The translations under genes and the position numbers were made by a program. DNA of 64,000 nt from Octopus vulgaris (lineage: Eukaryota). The stretch covers positions 69,006,001 through 69,070,000 of the forward strand of contig OX597832.1 of NCBI GenBank assembly GCA_951406725.2. The letters run 5' to 3'. The notes under the pieces were generated by a model. That model worked only from the letters and a program-made list of their open reading frames with translations. It did no database searches and was not told where the DNA came from. Shown in pieces: positions 40,772 to 53,860 of this stretch (positions are counted from its first letter, which is position 1; each line of letters opens with the position of its first letter).

Positions 40772-42320
40772 CTTTGTAACACAGTGTAGGTAAAAATGCA
40801 CTGGAGTCTTTAGTCATCTATCAAGTCACAACAAGGACCTCAGACAGACAATACTTTCCTTAAGATGTGTGCTGTGCCCAATAAGACAGCTTTTTGCAAG
40901 ACATCAACTTTGCACAGGATTTCCAGATGCCTTAAGAAGTTTTGAAGTTTCAATGGATTAAGCCCACCGCTCCGATCACCACTGGTATCACTTTTACATT
41001 ACCCTCTCACATTCCATACAGTCTAGCCATTTCCCCTTTCAATTCGGAATACTTGGTGATATTTTCAACCTCTTTACTCACAACATTCATGTCATTTGGT
41101 ATGGCTGCATCAATGGTCTGACAGTATTTGTCTCTCTTATTCAATATGACAATATCCGGCTTACAGTGTTCAATTACACGATCCATCTGAAAATCATAGT
41201 CCCAGAGTATCGTTACTTTTCCATCCTCCTGCATAAATTCACTTGGTACATGCTCATACCAGTTCTCTGTTACTTCATATTGGTATTTATGGCATCAAAG
41301 CCAATGAAGATACACACACACTTTATCTTGGTGGTACTTGTATTCTTTTTGTGCAAGGCTCTCACATCCATATACCAAGTGGGTCGCATTTTCCACACTC
41401 TTTCCACAGAGTCTACATTTCTGGGTGTCAGAAGTTTTATAGATGTTATACTTCACTGAAATGGTAGCGAGAGCCTGGCCTTGTGCAGCAATGATCCACA
41501 ATGCTATATTATCCTTAACGTCCTATCTATTTTTTTCAAACTGTCCATGCATCTTCATTTCAAGGTCTTCTTTTCTCTTTTCCTCAGCTAAATGCTTCCT
41601 TGCCCATCATTTCATCTGCATTTACACCTACATCTTTCACAACATATTGCAGCAGGTCTTCATCACTATTTATCAAATACTCAGCAAGCGTTTTCCTTTC
41701 ACTCCTTCTACAATGGTCTATACTAATTAGTCCTCTGCCACCATTCTTTCTTTTCATATACAGTCTGTTTATGTTTGCTTTAGGGTGTAGTGTCCCACAC
41801 AGCATCATCAACATTTTCATCCTTCTGTCCAGTGTTGATATTTCCTCCTTAGTCCATTTGAGAATGGACGTTCTATATCTGACCACCACAACTGCCCAGA
41901 TATTCATTGTGGTAATCAAATTTATGGCATTCAGGTTGGATTTCAACACCATCTTCACCTTCTTTGATACTCCTCACTGACCTTGATTTTCATTTCTCTG
42001 TGTAGAATGTCATCTAGTTCCAAAATCCCTAAATATCTATACCCACTACCGTTGAGTTCGCCCATGGTCTCTCCTGATGGTAACTGCAATCCTCTCTAGG
42101 CTGCTTTCTTCCCTCTTTTCATATTTAAGTACCGAGCATTATTTGGTAATCACAAATTCCATACCAATGTCTCCTATACACTTCTGGACTGTTTTAGTTA
42201 AGGAATGTTTGTGTTTCAGATTTCCCAAACAATTTCATGTCATCCATAAACAGAAGATGGTTTAATGACGGGCCTTTCTTCCCACATCAGTAATCCATCT
42301 TAACTTTCCTAAGCGTCATT
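40772..42320 (-). mobile_element. Decayed R4/Dong-like LINE
   Basis: LNHLLFMDDMKL, HPKANINRLYMKRKNGGRGL, AAQGQAL..CRLCGKSVENATHLVYGC, KPDIVILNK..IDAAIP and QKAVLLGTAHILRKVL. (TTA)n flanks. Confidence 0.92.
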
Positions 42321-42377
42321 GTTATGGATATTAGTGCATTTACAAATTGTAATAGAGAAAATGAGTCACCTTGGAAT

Positions 42378-42425
42378 TATTATACTTATTACTACTACTA
42401 CTACTATTATTATTATTATTATTAT

Positions 42426-42491
<66 letters not shown>

Positions 42492-42532
42492 CATCATTAT
42501 TATTATTATTATTATTATTATCATTATTATTA

Positions 42533-42581
<49 letters not shown>

Positions 42582-42588
42582 CATTATT
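42378..42588. repeat. (ATT)n microsatellite
   Basis: Read directly from the sequence. Confidence 0.95.
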
Positions 42589-43497
42589 GGAATTCATTTA
42601 TATTTGAATGATTTCCATTTTAAAATCTACTTTCAAAACCTTTCTCTAGTCTTCTTTCTCTTGCAATACAGGAAAAGCATTACATTTATGAAGTTGAAAT
42701 TTTGCAAGGAAAAAAGAAACTTTGAAAAATGTTAATTTCCAAACTCTTTACATGAGCTTCAAGTTCCTTGCAGTCAACATTAAAATACATTACTTTAAAT
42801 AGTATTTCAATTAAACCTTAAAACTTTTAAATTACCTTCTAGCTTCCCAAGGTTTCTTCCCATATGCTTACCTTCAAGATTCTCTAACTGAAATCTACTT
42901 TAATCAGTCTATATGATGTCATTGGTAATTGTGGCTTCATCTTACAAAGTCTGAAGATGAATCTCCTTCCCATATCACCGTTAATAGCTTTCTCTATTTT
43001 TGTGATTTATTTTCTCTGATATTCAAAAAAATTAGACTTTCATGGAGTTTCAGGCTACAACATCGGTTTTTAGACAAACTTCTTTCAGTTATAATATTAT
43101 CAGAATATATTTTATAAACTTAGAAATTATTAATTTTATAAAATAAAGAACAAAACAAAAACATAACAAACAGATAAATGCAGCCATGGTGGAAAGAATT
43201 TTTGTGCCAGCAGTTTTTACTAGAGCTTTTCAAGCACATGTTATAACATTTGTTTTTTTATAGATATTCCTAGATAGGATTTAAATTAAAATAATCTTTT
43301 TTACATAAGTGTATATATGTATGTGTATATATATATATATGTGTATATATAATTATTTAACAATTAAGGATAACCTCCTACTAAGGAATCTTAACAAGAA
43401 ATTATCAGGTAGATAGCGTGAAAAACCTCATAAGAGAAAAATTTCGAAAATAATTCTTTCTTATTGAACATGTATAATAATGCCCTCTATATATAAA

Positions 43498-43632
<135 letters not shown>

Positions 43633-43891
43633 TATATATATCATTTAATGTCTGCTCTCCATGCTGGCATGGCTTAGACGGTTTGACTGGTGCTGATGAA
43701 CCAGAGAATTGCACCAGGTTCCAGTTTGATTTGGCATAGTTTCTACGACTGGATATCCTTCCTAATGCCAGCCACTCCAGGAGTGTAATGGGTGCTTTAC
43801 ACTTTACACATGACACTGTCACAAGTGCCACTTATATGATACCAGCAATGACCGGAATCACAATTCACAGATGGGTGCCATATATATATAC

Positions 43892-43922
<31 letters not shown>

Positions 43923-43942
43923 TGTATGTATGTATGTATGTA

Positions 43943-43981
<39 letters not shown>

Positions 43982-43985
<4 letters not shown>

Positions 43986-44477
43986 CCCCCTTCGGTCTGG
44001 AATGACCATGAGATTGCACCTAGAAAGTTACCCTCTGAGGCACAAGTCTGGGCAAGGTTGTTTATGGAAGACCAGCAGTCGCCCATGCACACCAGCCTCT
44101 CCTCTCCACACCACTGATGTTGTCCAAGGCAAAGGCAAAGGCCGATACAGCTTGGCACCAGTGATGCAGCAGCTCATTTATTAACGTGCAAGTGACTGAG
44201 CACTCCACAGACATATGTACCCTTAACGTAGTTCTCAGGGAGATTCAGCATGACACAGAGTGTGACAAGGCTGACCCTTTGAAATACAGGTACAATAGAG
44301 ACAGGAAGAAAGAGTGAGAGAAAGTTGTGGTGAAAGAGTACAGCAAGGTTCACCACCACCCCCTGCCAGAGCCTCGTGGAGCTTTAGGTGTTTTCGCTCA
44401 ATAAGCATTCACAATGCCCATTCTGGGAATCGAAACCGCGAGTCCGCTGCCATAACCACTGGGCCATTGCGCCTCCA
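43982..44477 (-). mobile_element. tRNA-derived SINE family E, long copy
   Basis: Minus head GGAGGCGCAATGGCCCAGTGGTTA (A-box) and GGTTTCGATTCC (B-box). Matches 51071-51352. Confidence 0.8.
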
Positions 44478-44648
44478 CTATATATGTATATAAGCAATAA
44501 TTATAATGACATAAAGTCATAGACTTGTTCATCTTCAAAATTCATTCCCACTTATTTTACAATTTTTTACAGCATATTTTTATACATTTTTATATGACTT
44601 ATTCGTGTTTCCACTGCAAAGATTATGGGTAGTTGCTGATGCCACCTG

Positions 44649-45255
44649 GCACTATTTCCAGTGCAGCTTCATCAGTGTCTATCCACTAGTTTCAAAGTGA
44701 ACTGAATGGAGTTAGTTTTTTGTTAGTTAGTGTTCAGGTGGAGGTGGGGCTAGGAACTGAAACCTGATGAATATGCAGGCTTGTGCAGTTGTCTTCAAAT
44801 TCACATTAGACCAAGGTTGAAATTAGTGTTTTCGTATGACCCCTTGTTCATTTTAGCGGTTGGGTGTGAGCTGTAGCTTTGATTTTGAGTGTAGTGCCTG
44901 CAGTGAAGTGTCCTTAATTGTTCATATATTCATGTTTTTGATTGTTGCTAATGTTCTGTGGTGTACATTGGATAAGGTGTGTGTTAGTTTAAGAAGGGCT
45001 ATTCATTTTTGGAGTTTAGGGTATGTTCTTCTATCTGTCCTTTCACACTCAACTGTTGGTGGGGCATTAGTTATCCAGAACCTTCTGTTTATTTTTTAAA
45101 AGTCTTGACATGTTTGTGTAAACATCTAACGACCTGTTCAAGTCTTGTATTAAGTAATGTGTTTCTTGATATAAATATTTGGTATACTTCTTCTATACAC
45201 AAATCACATCCACTTGCTCCTGCATAATATGGTTCAGCTATACTAATTATTCCCC
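44649..45255 (-). mobile_element. 3' remnant of a Penelope-like element (ORF end 45255-45089, tail, half hammerhead)
   Basis: Minus frame IISIAEPYYAGASGCDLCIEEVYQIFISRNTLLNTRLEQVVRCLHKHVKTF-stop fits the CxLC..E..LLN.R.E....C.H end of PLE GIY-YIG ORFs (from recall). CTGATGA-a-gctGCACT-ggaaat-AGTGC at 44675-44649. Confidence 0.7.
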
Positions 45256-45614
45256 TCTCTACAGAATAGCTATGGTTTTTCTCTTCAATTGACCAGATTA
45301 GTTGGCTTCTCTTTTATTGGTTTCAGCCGAGGACTGAAATCATGCTGGTGCACCACCTGTAATACTAGCTTAGGTTAGTATTATTTTTTCCCTATCTCTA
45401 AAAGAATTCAAGTGATTAGTGAGTCACCTTTTGAAGTTAAGAGAGTTAGTCCCGCTCTTTATAAAATCAGAAGTGATTTGGCATGCATGAATCAAATAGT
45501 ACTGTTATCCCATGGCAGTAAAAGGTCCCACATAAAATTGGAAACAAAGAACATCACACATTTGCAATTACTGAGCAGCATCACAACAATGAGACACAAA
45601 AACACACACCCATG

Positions 45615-45646
<32 letters not shown>

Positions 45647-47217
45647 GGCAATAGAAAACTGTGTGGTAAGAAGTTTGTGTCCCAGCCTCATGGTTCCAGG
45701 TTCAGTCTCACTGTGTGACACTTTGAACAAGTGTCTTCTTGTATAACCAAGGGCTATCCAAAGCCTTGTGATTATATTTGGTGGACAGAAATTAAAAGAA
45801 GCCTGAAATTTGTGTGTGTGTGTGTGTGTGTGCGCACATGCGTGCCAATAAAATACAAAGAAATGACCATTTGTGGAAAATTCTGTTGGTTCCAGACCAT
45901 TTCAATCAAGTATTATATCTGAGGGCAACACTTATTTTGCACATCATTTCTAGAAGGCACCCATTATTCTAATTAGATTTTGCATGACAAAATTAAAACA
46001 AAATATTTCCATCATCCCATGTCAATTCTATTTCACTGTATTATAAAAAAAATTTTTTGCATTTTTATTTTTGCTCAACAATGCTCTTTTTGTATTTTTT
46101 ATAGTATGTGTCATCAACCTGTCATCTAACTTGTATTATACAGGTTACAAGAATTTCTCATTTAATTCAATTTGCCAGCCACTGCTTGGGTTAATAGATA
46201 TGGCTAACTTATGGCAAACATGACATTAGGCATTTAGCTATGTGTTGTGTCAGTTCTCATTTGAGGATTCAACATCACACAGCTGGGAAAAGGGAGAGAG
46301 AGTGAGGAGAGGAGAATGAGAAATGAAATGGAGAGGGAGAGAGAGAGTGGTGAGAGATGTGGCATTATGAAGTTGAAATGAATGAAAAGTAAACTGGAGG
46401 AAAACAAAGAGAAAATACAAACATGTGTGAGGGAGGCATTACATCCACGGAGGTGATTATGTTTATGCATAAGCAGTCATAGTGAAAGTGAAAGTGAAAG
46501 AGAGAGAAGGAGAGAGGCAGAGAGAATGAGAGATAGAGAGGAAGAGTATTTACAAAGATGATTATGCAAATCCATGAAACATGCCAAAGAGTAATGCAAT
46601 AGACATGAGATCAGAGTAAAACGATAGAAAGTCATTGAAAGAAACCATTCAGTCTTGTAAATATACCTAATCCATGCTGCTTACAGATGTGTCCACAGAA
46701 CGCCATCTCTAAACTATTGCATGTTAATGATGCAATATAGACGTTTTTATTGCTTATTCAAAGTTCATTCATGAATATTGTAAGCGCTTAAAGTAAATTC
46801 TATATCAAGAGATAAAAAAAAAATTGCAACAGCAAAAAAATATGAATAACAACATTTTTTGAAACCAGCACGAAAATGACTCCACCAAATGCTGTAAAAC
46901 TGTAGTTATGCAATGATAATATATTCAATGCTATCAAAATGTGCGACATTATAATTGCAACTCATTTACAATTATTTCTTCTGTATTTTTTTTTTGTTTG
47001 TTATTTCTCATGTTTTTCTGATCTACGGCTTTGGACTGACTCTACAAAAGAATCATCAATCATTTTGTTTTCTAATTATTCATTTGCTTTTTTGCTTTTT
47101 TTTTTAAATATAATTATCACACATATCGCAAAGCGATTATTACAGCTGTATCTCATAAAGTAATGAAAACAAAAAGCAATGGAAGGTGAAGTTAATGTGT
47201 AAACAAATCAGGACATT

Positions 47218-47248
<31 letters not shown>

Positions 47249-47295
47249 TAATCATTATTACTATTATTATTATTATTGCTGTTATTATTATTATC

Positions 47296-47540
47296 AGATC
47301 TGCAGTGAATTAATTTTCTCTGAAATAATAAATGCAAAATAATTTGAAATATTTTCATATGAATATTAGATTTCATAACCCATAGACATTATGTGTGATG
47401 TGTGTGTGTGTGTGTGTGCATGTGTAGGTGTGTGCATATATATGTATATATATGCACATACACATATATATGTGTGTGTGTATATGTAAATATAAATGTA
47501 CATGTATATATGTATATACATACATATGTCTGTCTTTCTA

Positions 47541-47584
<44 letters not shown>

Positions 47585-48008
47585 GCATGTATGTGTGTGT
47601 GTATGTGTGCATATATATGTATATATATATATACTAGCAGTATCGCCCGGCGTTGCTCAGGTTTGTAAGGGAAATAACTATAAAGCATTTTTAGAGAGTT
47701 ATAGCCAAAAAATAGCAAAAAAATGGAAAAAAAATGATGGTAAATTTTTTTTTGAGAGTTAAAAAAGGTGGAGTTGCGTCCCCTAGACGGTCTGTGGTTT
47801 GGGTTTCTGATTCTCGACCCCATGTCGAATTTATCGATTTTTTCAAAACTGGGGGAACTTTTCAAAATTTTCGCTGCGTTAGTTTTGAATTATGACATTG
47901 GGCTATGTGTGTGTCAAGTTTCATCAGAATCGGTTGAAAGCCGTGGTCAGAGTGAGGGTACGAGAAAACAGACACACAGAAAACGCACAGACAAACTGCC
48001 GTTTATAT

Positions 48009-48057
<49 letters not shown>

Positions 48058-49277
48058 TTCATTCATGCATATATCATATCTCTATTCTGATTTACAACCA
48101 GAAAGAAAAAACTATCTTCCATGCTCGTCTCATTATAATTCCAAGTCATCTAAGACAGTGGAAATGATTTAAGACATCAATAATATATTTTTGATTATTG
48201 ATGCTGGGATTAAGAATATCTGCTTATGTTTATATATTTTCATTTTATTTCATTTTTCATTTCATCAATATTTGAGTCTCAACTAAATAAATATTTCTTT
48301 TTCTTCTTTATGAGTGCTAACATTTATGAAGTCAAAAGCTTACTGCTACAACCTCCAAAGTGTATGTTGAGGAAATATTAACGTAATTTTATGATATCGA
48401 ATTTTCCAAATTATTTTTTTTTTGCATTTTTAGATTGTTTTTTTCCTTCTTCTTTATCTTTTGTATCCTCTAATCTCTATCAAGTTTCATTGCAGAAGCC
48501 TTGAGCAATCACACAGGGATTAGTTTCTTGTTTGTGATTGAAATAAGTTATTACAATACTGCTAGGATGAAAAGAAAGAGAGTGCGGGAAAGAGGAGAGA
48601 GAGAAAGAAGTGGAGAAGAAGAGGTGTGGGAGGGAGGGAGGGCAAGAGATAGAATGTGGAAATGAAATGACAGATTAAGAGAAATTAATAGCCAACAAGA
48701 TATTAAAATTATTTTATTTCATTTATATTTTTCTTGTCTGAGAGAAATAATTCGACCCAAAATTAATTTACATGCTGATGCTTAATAATATTGCTGTCAA
48801 TGTAACAGTGTGTGAGCATCACTTTCATGAGGACAGTGATAAGAAGGGTAACACATGTAGAGCCTTTGATGTAGAGATGAACGAAATAGTGGATTACTGG
48901 CTCATGGACCACATGTTTTGATCTGCGACTACCAGAGAATTAAATCCAGAATATGCAGGAAAATTGTTTCACCCTTTTATGGTCATTGTGTGTGTGTGTG
49001 CACATGCACCTGCATGTGTTATATAAGCATAGATAACTTTTAATATAATCATATATTTCTACTTACTTTTTATGTCACACTAAGGAAGTGCCTAAAATGG
49101 TGTAAGGAGGAGGCATTTGCCTGTTATAGTAGTAATGGTGGTAGAGGTATTTGTAGTGATATGGATGTTGATGATGATGAATAGAGAAAGATATATAATG
49201 TCTATGGGTTATGAAATCTATTATTTCAAATTACTTTGCATTTATTATTTCAGAGAAAATTAATTCACTGCAGATCT
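47296..49277. repeat. Long-range inverted repeat (47296-47392 and 49195-49277)
   Basis: About 56 bp with one mismatch plus 26 bp identical, separated by a 14 nt indel. Arms are 1.8 kb apart. Confidence 0.9.
47634..48011 (-). mobile_element. Non-autonomous Helitron
   Basis: Minus strand A|TCTATATAAACGGC ... CCTGAGCAACGCCGGG (hairpin) cgatactgCTAG|T. No target-site duplication. Confidence 0.85.
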
Positions 49278-49507
49278 AATAATGAAGAGTAAAGAGAGAA
49301 AGGCATAAACAGTGAAGAGGCAGAGAAAGCATTAGAGGAAAAGAGATGAAATAGAGGGAGAAAAAGTAAGAGAAAGGAATTTAAGTGAGAATAAGAGTGG
49401 GAGTTAAAGCAAACATGCAAGAGACAGAGGTAGAAAATAAGATGGTGATTTAAACATTAATATGAAGGGAAGAAGGAAGAAAATGAAGATATAGCAAAGT
49501 TTGAGAC

Positions 49508-49860
49508 ATCACTGCATGGCACCTTGGGCAAGTGTCTTCTACCATAGCCTCGGACTGACCAAAGCCTTGTGAGTGGATTTGGTAGATGGAAACTGAAAGA
49601 AGCCTGTTGTATATATATATATATATATATATGTATATACATGTATGTGTGTGTATGTGTTTGGGAATCTGTGTTTATTCCCCCAACTTTGCTTGACAAC
49701 AGATGCTGGTGTGTTTATGTCCCCGTAACCTAGAGGCTCAGCAAAAGACACCGATAGAATAAATACTAGGCTTACAAAGAATAAGTCCTGGGGTCTATTT
49801 GCTCGACTAAAGGGGTGCTCCAGCAAGGTCATAGTCAAATGACTGAAAGAAGTAAAAGAG
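49508..49860 (+). mobile_element. SINE family B, 5'-truncated
   Basis: Reverse complement of 49977-50315. Confidence 0.85.
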
Positions 49861-49976
49861 TAAAATAGTATACAAAATGATGGAATTATTTGAGAATATT
49901 AGTTTGCTACATAAACAGAAAAAATGCTAAGATGTGATGTTCTGTATATATGCATGTATGTATGTACATATATATC

Positions 49977-50372
49977 TCTTTTACTTGTTTCAGTCATTTG
50001 ACTGCGGCCATGCTGGAGCACCGCCTTTAATTGAGCAACTCGACCCTGGGACTTCTTCTTTGTAAGACCAGTACTTATTCTATTGGTGTCTTTTGCCGAA
50101 CTGCTAAGTAACGGGGACATAGACACACCAGCATCGGTTGTCAAACAATGCTAAGGGGACAAACACAGACACACAAACACACACAAGCATATATACATAT
50201 ATATACATACATACGACAGACTTCTTTCAGTTTCCGTCTACCAAATCCACTCACAAGGCTTTGGACCGGCCTGAGGCTATAGTAGAAGACACTTGCCCAA
50301 GTTGCCACGCAGTGGGACTGAACCTGGAACCATGTGGTTGGTTAGCAAGCTACTTACCACACAGCCACTCCT
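49977..50372 (-). mobile_element. SINE family B, full length
   Basis: Minus head AGGAGTGGCTGTGTGGTAAG (A-box) and GGTTCAGTCCC (B-box), then cttgggcaagtgtctt. Confidence 0.88.
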
Positions 50373-50536
50373 ATATGGATCTTCCACAGGTTTCAATAGT
50401 TATTCTAAATGCAACAATTACATTATGATATTTACAACTATTCTTACCTGTGGGAGTCATGGTAAGAATAGTTGTAAATATCATAATGTAATTGTTGCAT
50501 TTAGAATAAGTATTGAAACCTGTGGAAGATCCATAT
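50373..50536. repeat. Near-perfect hairpin, 76 bp arms, 12 nt spacer (MITE-like)
   Basis: 50373-50448 versus 50461-50536, single mismatch (aatagtt versus aatactt). Confidence 0.95.
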
Positions 50537-50764
50537 GCTTCACTAGTCAATGTGTGTGTGTGTGTGTACACATACATAAAGTTCAATATATGTCCAATCA
50601 TAGAGTGATCAATGGTTTCGCATCCATAAAGGGCTTAAAATTGATCACTTTATGACTGGACACATATTTCATGCTATGTAGATACATTAAGGCACTAACT
50701 TAGAGTGAGCTTCAATGTTTGTATATACAATCTACTGATGATATATATCTATATATATATACAT

Positions 50765-50808
<44 letters not shown>

Positions 50809-50988
50809 GTATGGATGGATGCATATAAATATATGTATGTATATATATATATGTATGTATATATATATATGTATGCATATATATATATATGTATGTATGT
50901 ATATATATATGCATGAATATCTATATATATATGTGTATACAGATATACATATACACGTACATATACATATATATACATACATACATAC

Positions 50989-51070
<82 letters not shown>

Positions 51071-51072
<2 letters not shown>

Positions 51073-51352
51073 AGGTGCAATGGCTCAGTGGTTAGGGCAC
51101 CGGACTCACGGTCGGAGGATCGCGGTTTTGATTCCCAGACTGGACATTGTGAGTGTTTATTGAGCGTAAACACCTAAAGCTCCACGAGGCTCTGGCAGTG
51201 GATGGTGGCGAACTCTGCTGTGGCATGGAGAGGGAAGGCTGGTATGCGTGGGTGACTGCTGGTCTTCCATAAACAACCTTGCCCAGACTTGTGCCTGGGT
51301 GGGTAACTTTCTAGCTGCAATCCCATGGTTATTCATAAACGAAGGGTGTCAC
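51071..51352 (+). mobile_element. SINE family E, internally deleted
   Basis: A-box TGGCTCAGTGG and B-box-like GGTTTTGATTCC. Both ends match 43982-44477. Confidence 0.8.
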
Positions 51353-51876
51353 AACAAATAAATATTTATATATATACATACACACACACACACATACACA
51401 CATATATATATATATACATACATACACATACACACGCACATATATATATATGTCTATGTTTAGTTAGTGTGGGGGGGGGAGTGCCTGTAATATTTGTATC
51501 TCCTGTTTATATACATTCATGTAATTTGCTTTTCTTTTGTTGTTGTTTATTTTATTTTGTTCATGTGTTTACACCTACTTATTATTGTTATCATTATTAT
51601 TATTATTATTGAGTGAGAGAGCAGTGCATGCCATCAAAGTGACACTGGGGTACAAATATATGAAGCCCAGTATACCCATCATCACTACCTGTGTGCGCGA
51701 CATGGTGATCTCATAACAAGATAAACAGCGCATGACCTTGTGGGTGGGGCTCGTAACCCATCCCACTCAAAAGGTCCCTGATTAAGGGTTGTTTAAAGAT
51801 GTTGAATGAAACACCCATGTTTCCAGAGGTGAATCATTCATACCCCAAAGAATCCCTCTCAACACATGGCTATATA

Positions 51877-51926
<50 letters not shown>

Positions 51927-51943
51927 AATATATATATACATAC

Positions 51944-51974
<31 letters not shown>

Positions 51975-52015
51975 CACATACATACATATATATATACATA
52001 CATACATATATATAC

Positions 52016-52082
<67 letters not shown>

Positions 52083-52117
52083 CAATCATATATATACATA
52101 CATACATATATATATAT

Positions 52118-52499
52118 ATTGTTGTATTCAGGAATGGTCATTTTGCCAGTTTAGCCAATAAAAACACACACACTATATATTTGGTGTTACTTTGCTTCAG
52201 CGATATTTTTTACATTAATCTTAATCTTATTTCAGCCAGAGTTATTTCGTCACATTTCTGTGACCTCACCAGTGTTCCTTGGCTTTCTTCTTTCTTATTT
52301 GTGTGTCCCTCCGTACTAACGGTCAGCTGTTTTGTATTTTGTATTTCTATTGCATGTGTCTTCATTTGCGCATGTGTATATCTCTATGCATGTCTATGTT
52401 TAGTTAGTGTGTGGGGGGGGGGAGTGCCTGTAATATTTGTATCTCCTGTTTATATACGTTCGTGTAATTTGTTGTTCTTTTTGTTGTTGTTTATTTTAT
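52118..52499 (-). mobile_element. PLE-like terminal repeat with hammerhead-like motif (copy 1)
   Basis: Inverted copy of 52979-53375. Minus 52275-52236 reads aca-CTGGTGA-g-GTCACA-GAAA-TGTGAC-GAAA-taac-TC-tgg. Confidence 0.65.
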
Positions 52500-52522
52500 T
52501 TTGTTCATGTGCTTACACCTAC

Positions 52523-52589
<67 letters not shown>

Positions 52590-52590
<1 letters not shown>

Positions 52591-52980
52591 GAGTGAGAGA
52601 GCAGTGCATGCCCATCAAAGTGACACTGGGGTACAAATATACGAAGCCCAGTATACCCATCATCACTACCCGTCTGATAAGGGTACACCAGGCACATGCA
52701 TCACAACTATATGTGCGTGACATGGTGATCTCATAACAAGATAAACTGCACATGACCTTGCGGGTGGGGCCCAGTTAGAATTTTCTTCTGATTGTGTAAC
52801 CCATCCCACTCAAAAGGTCCCTGATTAAGGGTTGTTTAAGGATGTTGAATGAAACACTCCTGTTTCCAGAAGTGAATCATTCAAACCCCAAAGAATCCCT
52901 CTCAACACATGGCTATGATGCTCCCCCACTACTTCTACTCGTGATCAGAGATGCACATATCGTCAGCTACTAAGGGACAT
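52590..52980. mobile_element. Family C repeat, truncated by the second PLE-like repeat
   Basis: Collinear with 40194-40578. Confidence 0.85.
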
Positions 52981-53435
52981 AAAATAAACAACAACAAAAA
53001 CAAAGACAAAAACAAAAATAAATTACACGAACGTATATAAACAGGAGATACAAATATTACAGGCACTTCCCCCACACACACACTAACTAAACATAGACAC
53101 ACATAGGTATATGCATGCGCAAATGAAGACACATACAATAGAAATACAAAATACAAAATGGCTGACCGTTAGTAAGGAGAGACACACAAATAAGAAAGAA
53201 GAAAGCAAAGGACCACTAATGTGGTCACAGAAGTGTGAGGAAATAACTCTGGCTGAAATAAGATTAAGATTAATGTAACAAATAATTAACGCTGAAGCAA
53301 AGTAACACCAAATATATAGTGAGTGTGTTTTTATTGGCTAAACTGGCAAAATGACCATTCTGAAATATAACAATATCTGTTTCAACACATGATTTCCCAT
53401 AAAAAATCTTGCAAAACAAATATATACACATAGCA
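52979..53435 (+). mobile_element. PLE-like terminal repeat with hammerhead-like motif (copy 2)
   Basis: 53213-53252 reads cca-CTAATGT-g-GTCACA-GAAG-TGTGAG-GAAA-taac-TC-tgg. Confidence 0.65.
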
Positions 53436-53548
53436 TATATATATACATATGCATACATATATATACATACATATGTATACATATATATATATACATGCAT
53501 ATATATATACATACATATATATATATATATATGCCTATATATATAAAT

Positions 53549-53600
<52 letters not shown>

Positions 53601-53814
53601 GTATACATACATAATTACGTATAAAAATACATACAAACATATGTATATAAATATATACATATATAAATGCATATATACATACATATATATATATATATAT
53701 AGGCATATATACATATATATATATAGGCATATATATACATACATATATATGCATATATATGCATACATATACATGCATATGCATACATACATATACATGC
53801 ATATGCATATACAC

Positions 53815-53860
<46 letters not shown>

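Noticed and set aside
42319-42735. Poly-I, poly-N and poly-L ORFs
   Set aside because: (ATT)n microsatellite.
42836-42887. Possible minus-strand micro-exon LENLE(GKHMGRNLGKLE) with GAAG|gtaagc and GAAG|gtaatt donors
   Set aside because: Donors are strong but the acceptor lacks a pyrimidine tract, and it is too short to support without RNA data.
48806-48850. VCEHHFHED peptide resembling a THAP C..HF motif
   Set aside because: No upstream CxxxC or W residues, and such a short match is expected by chance.
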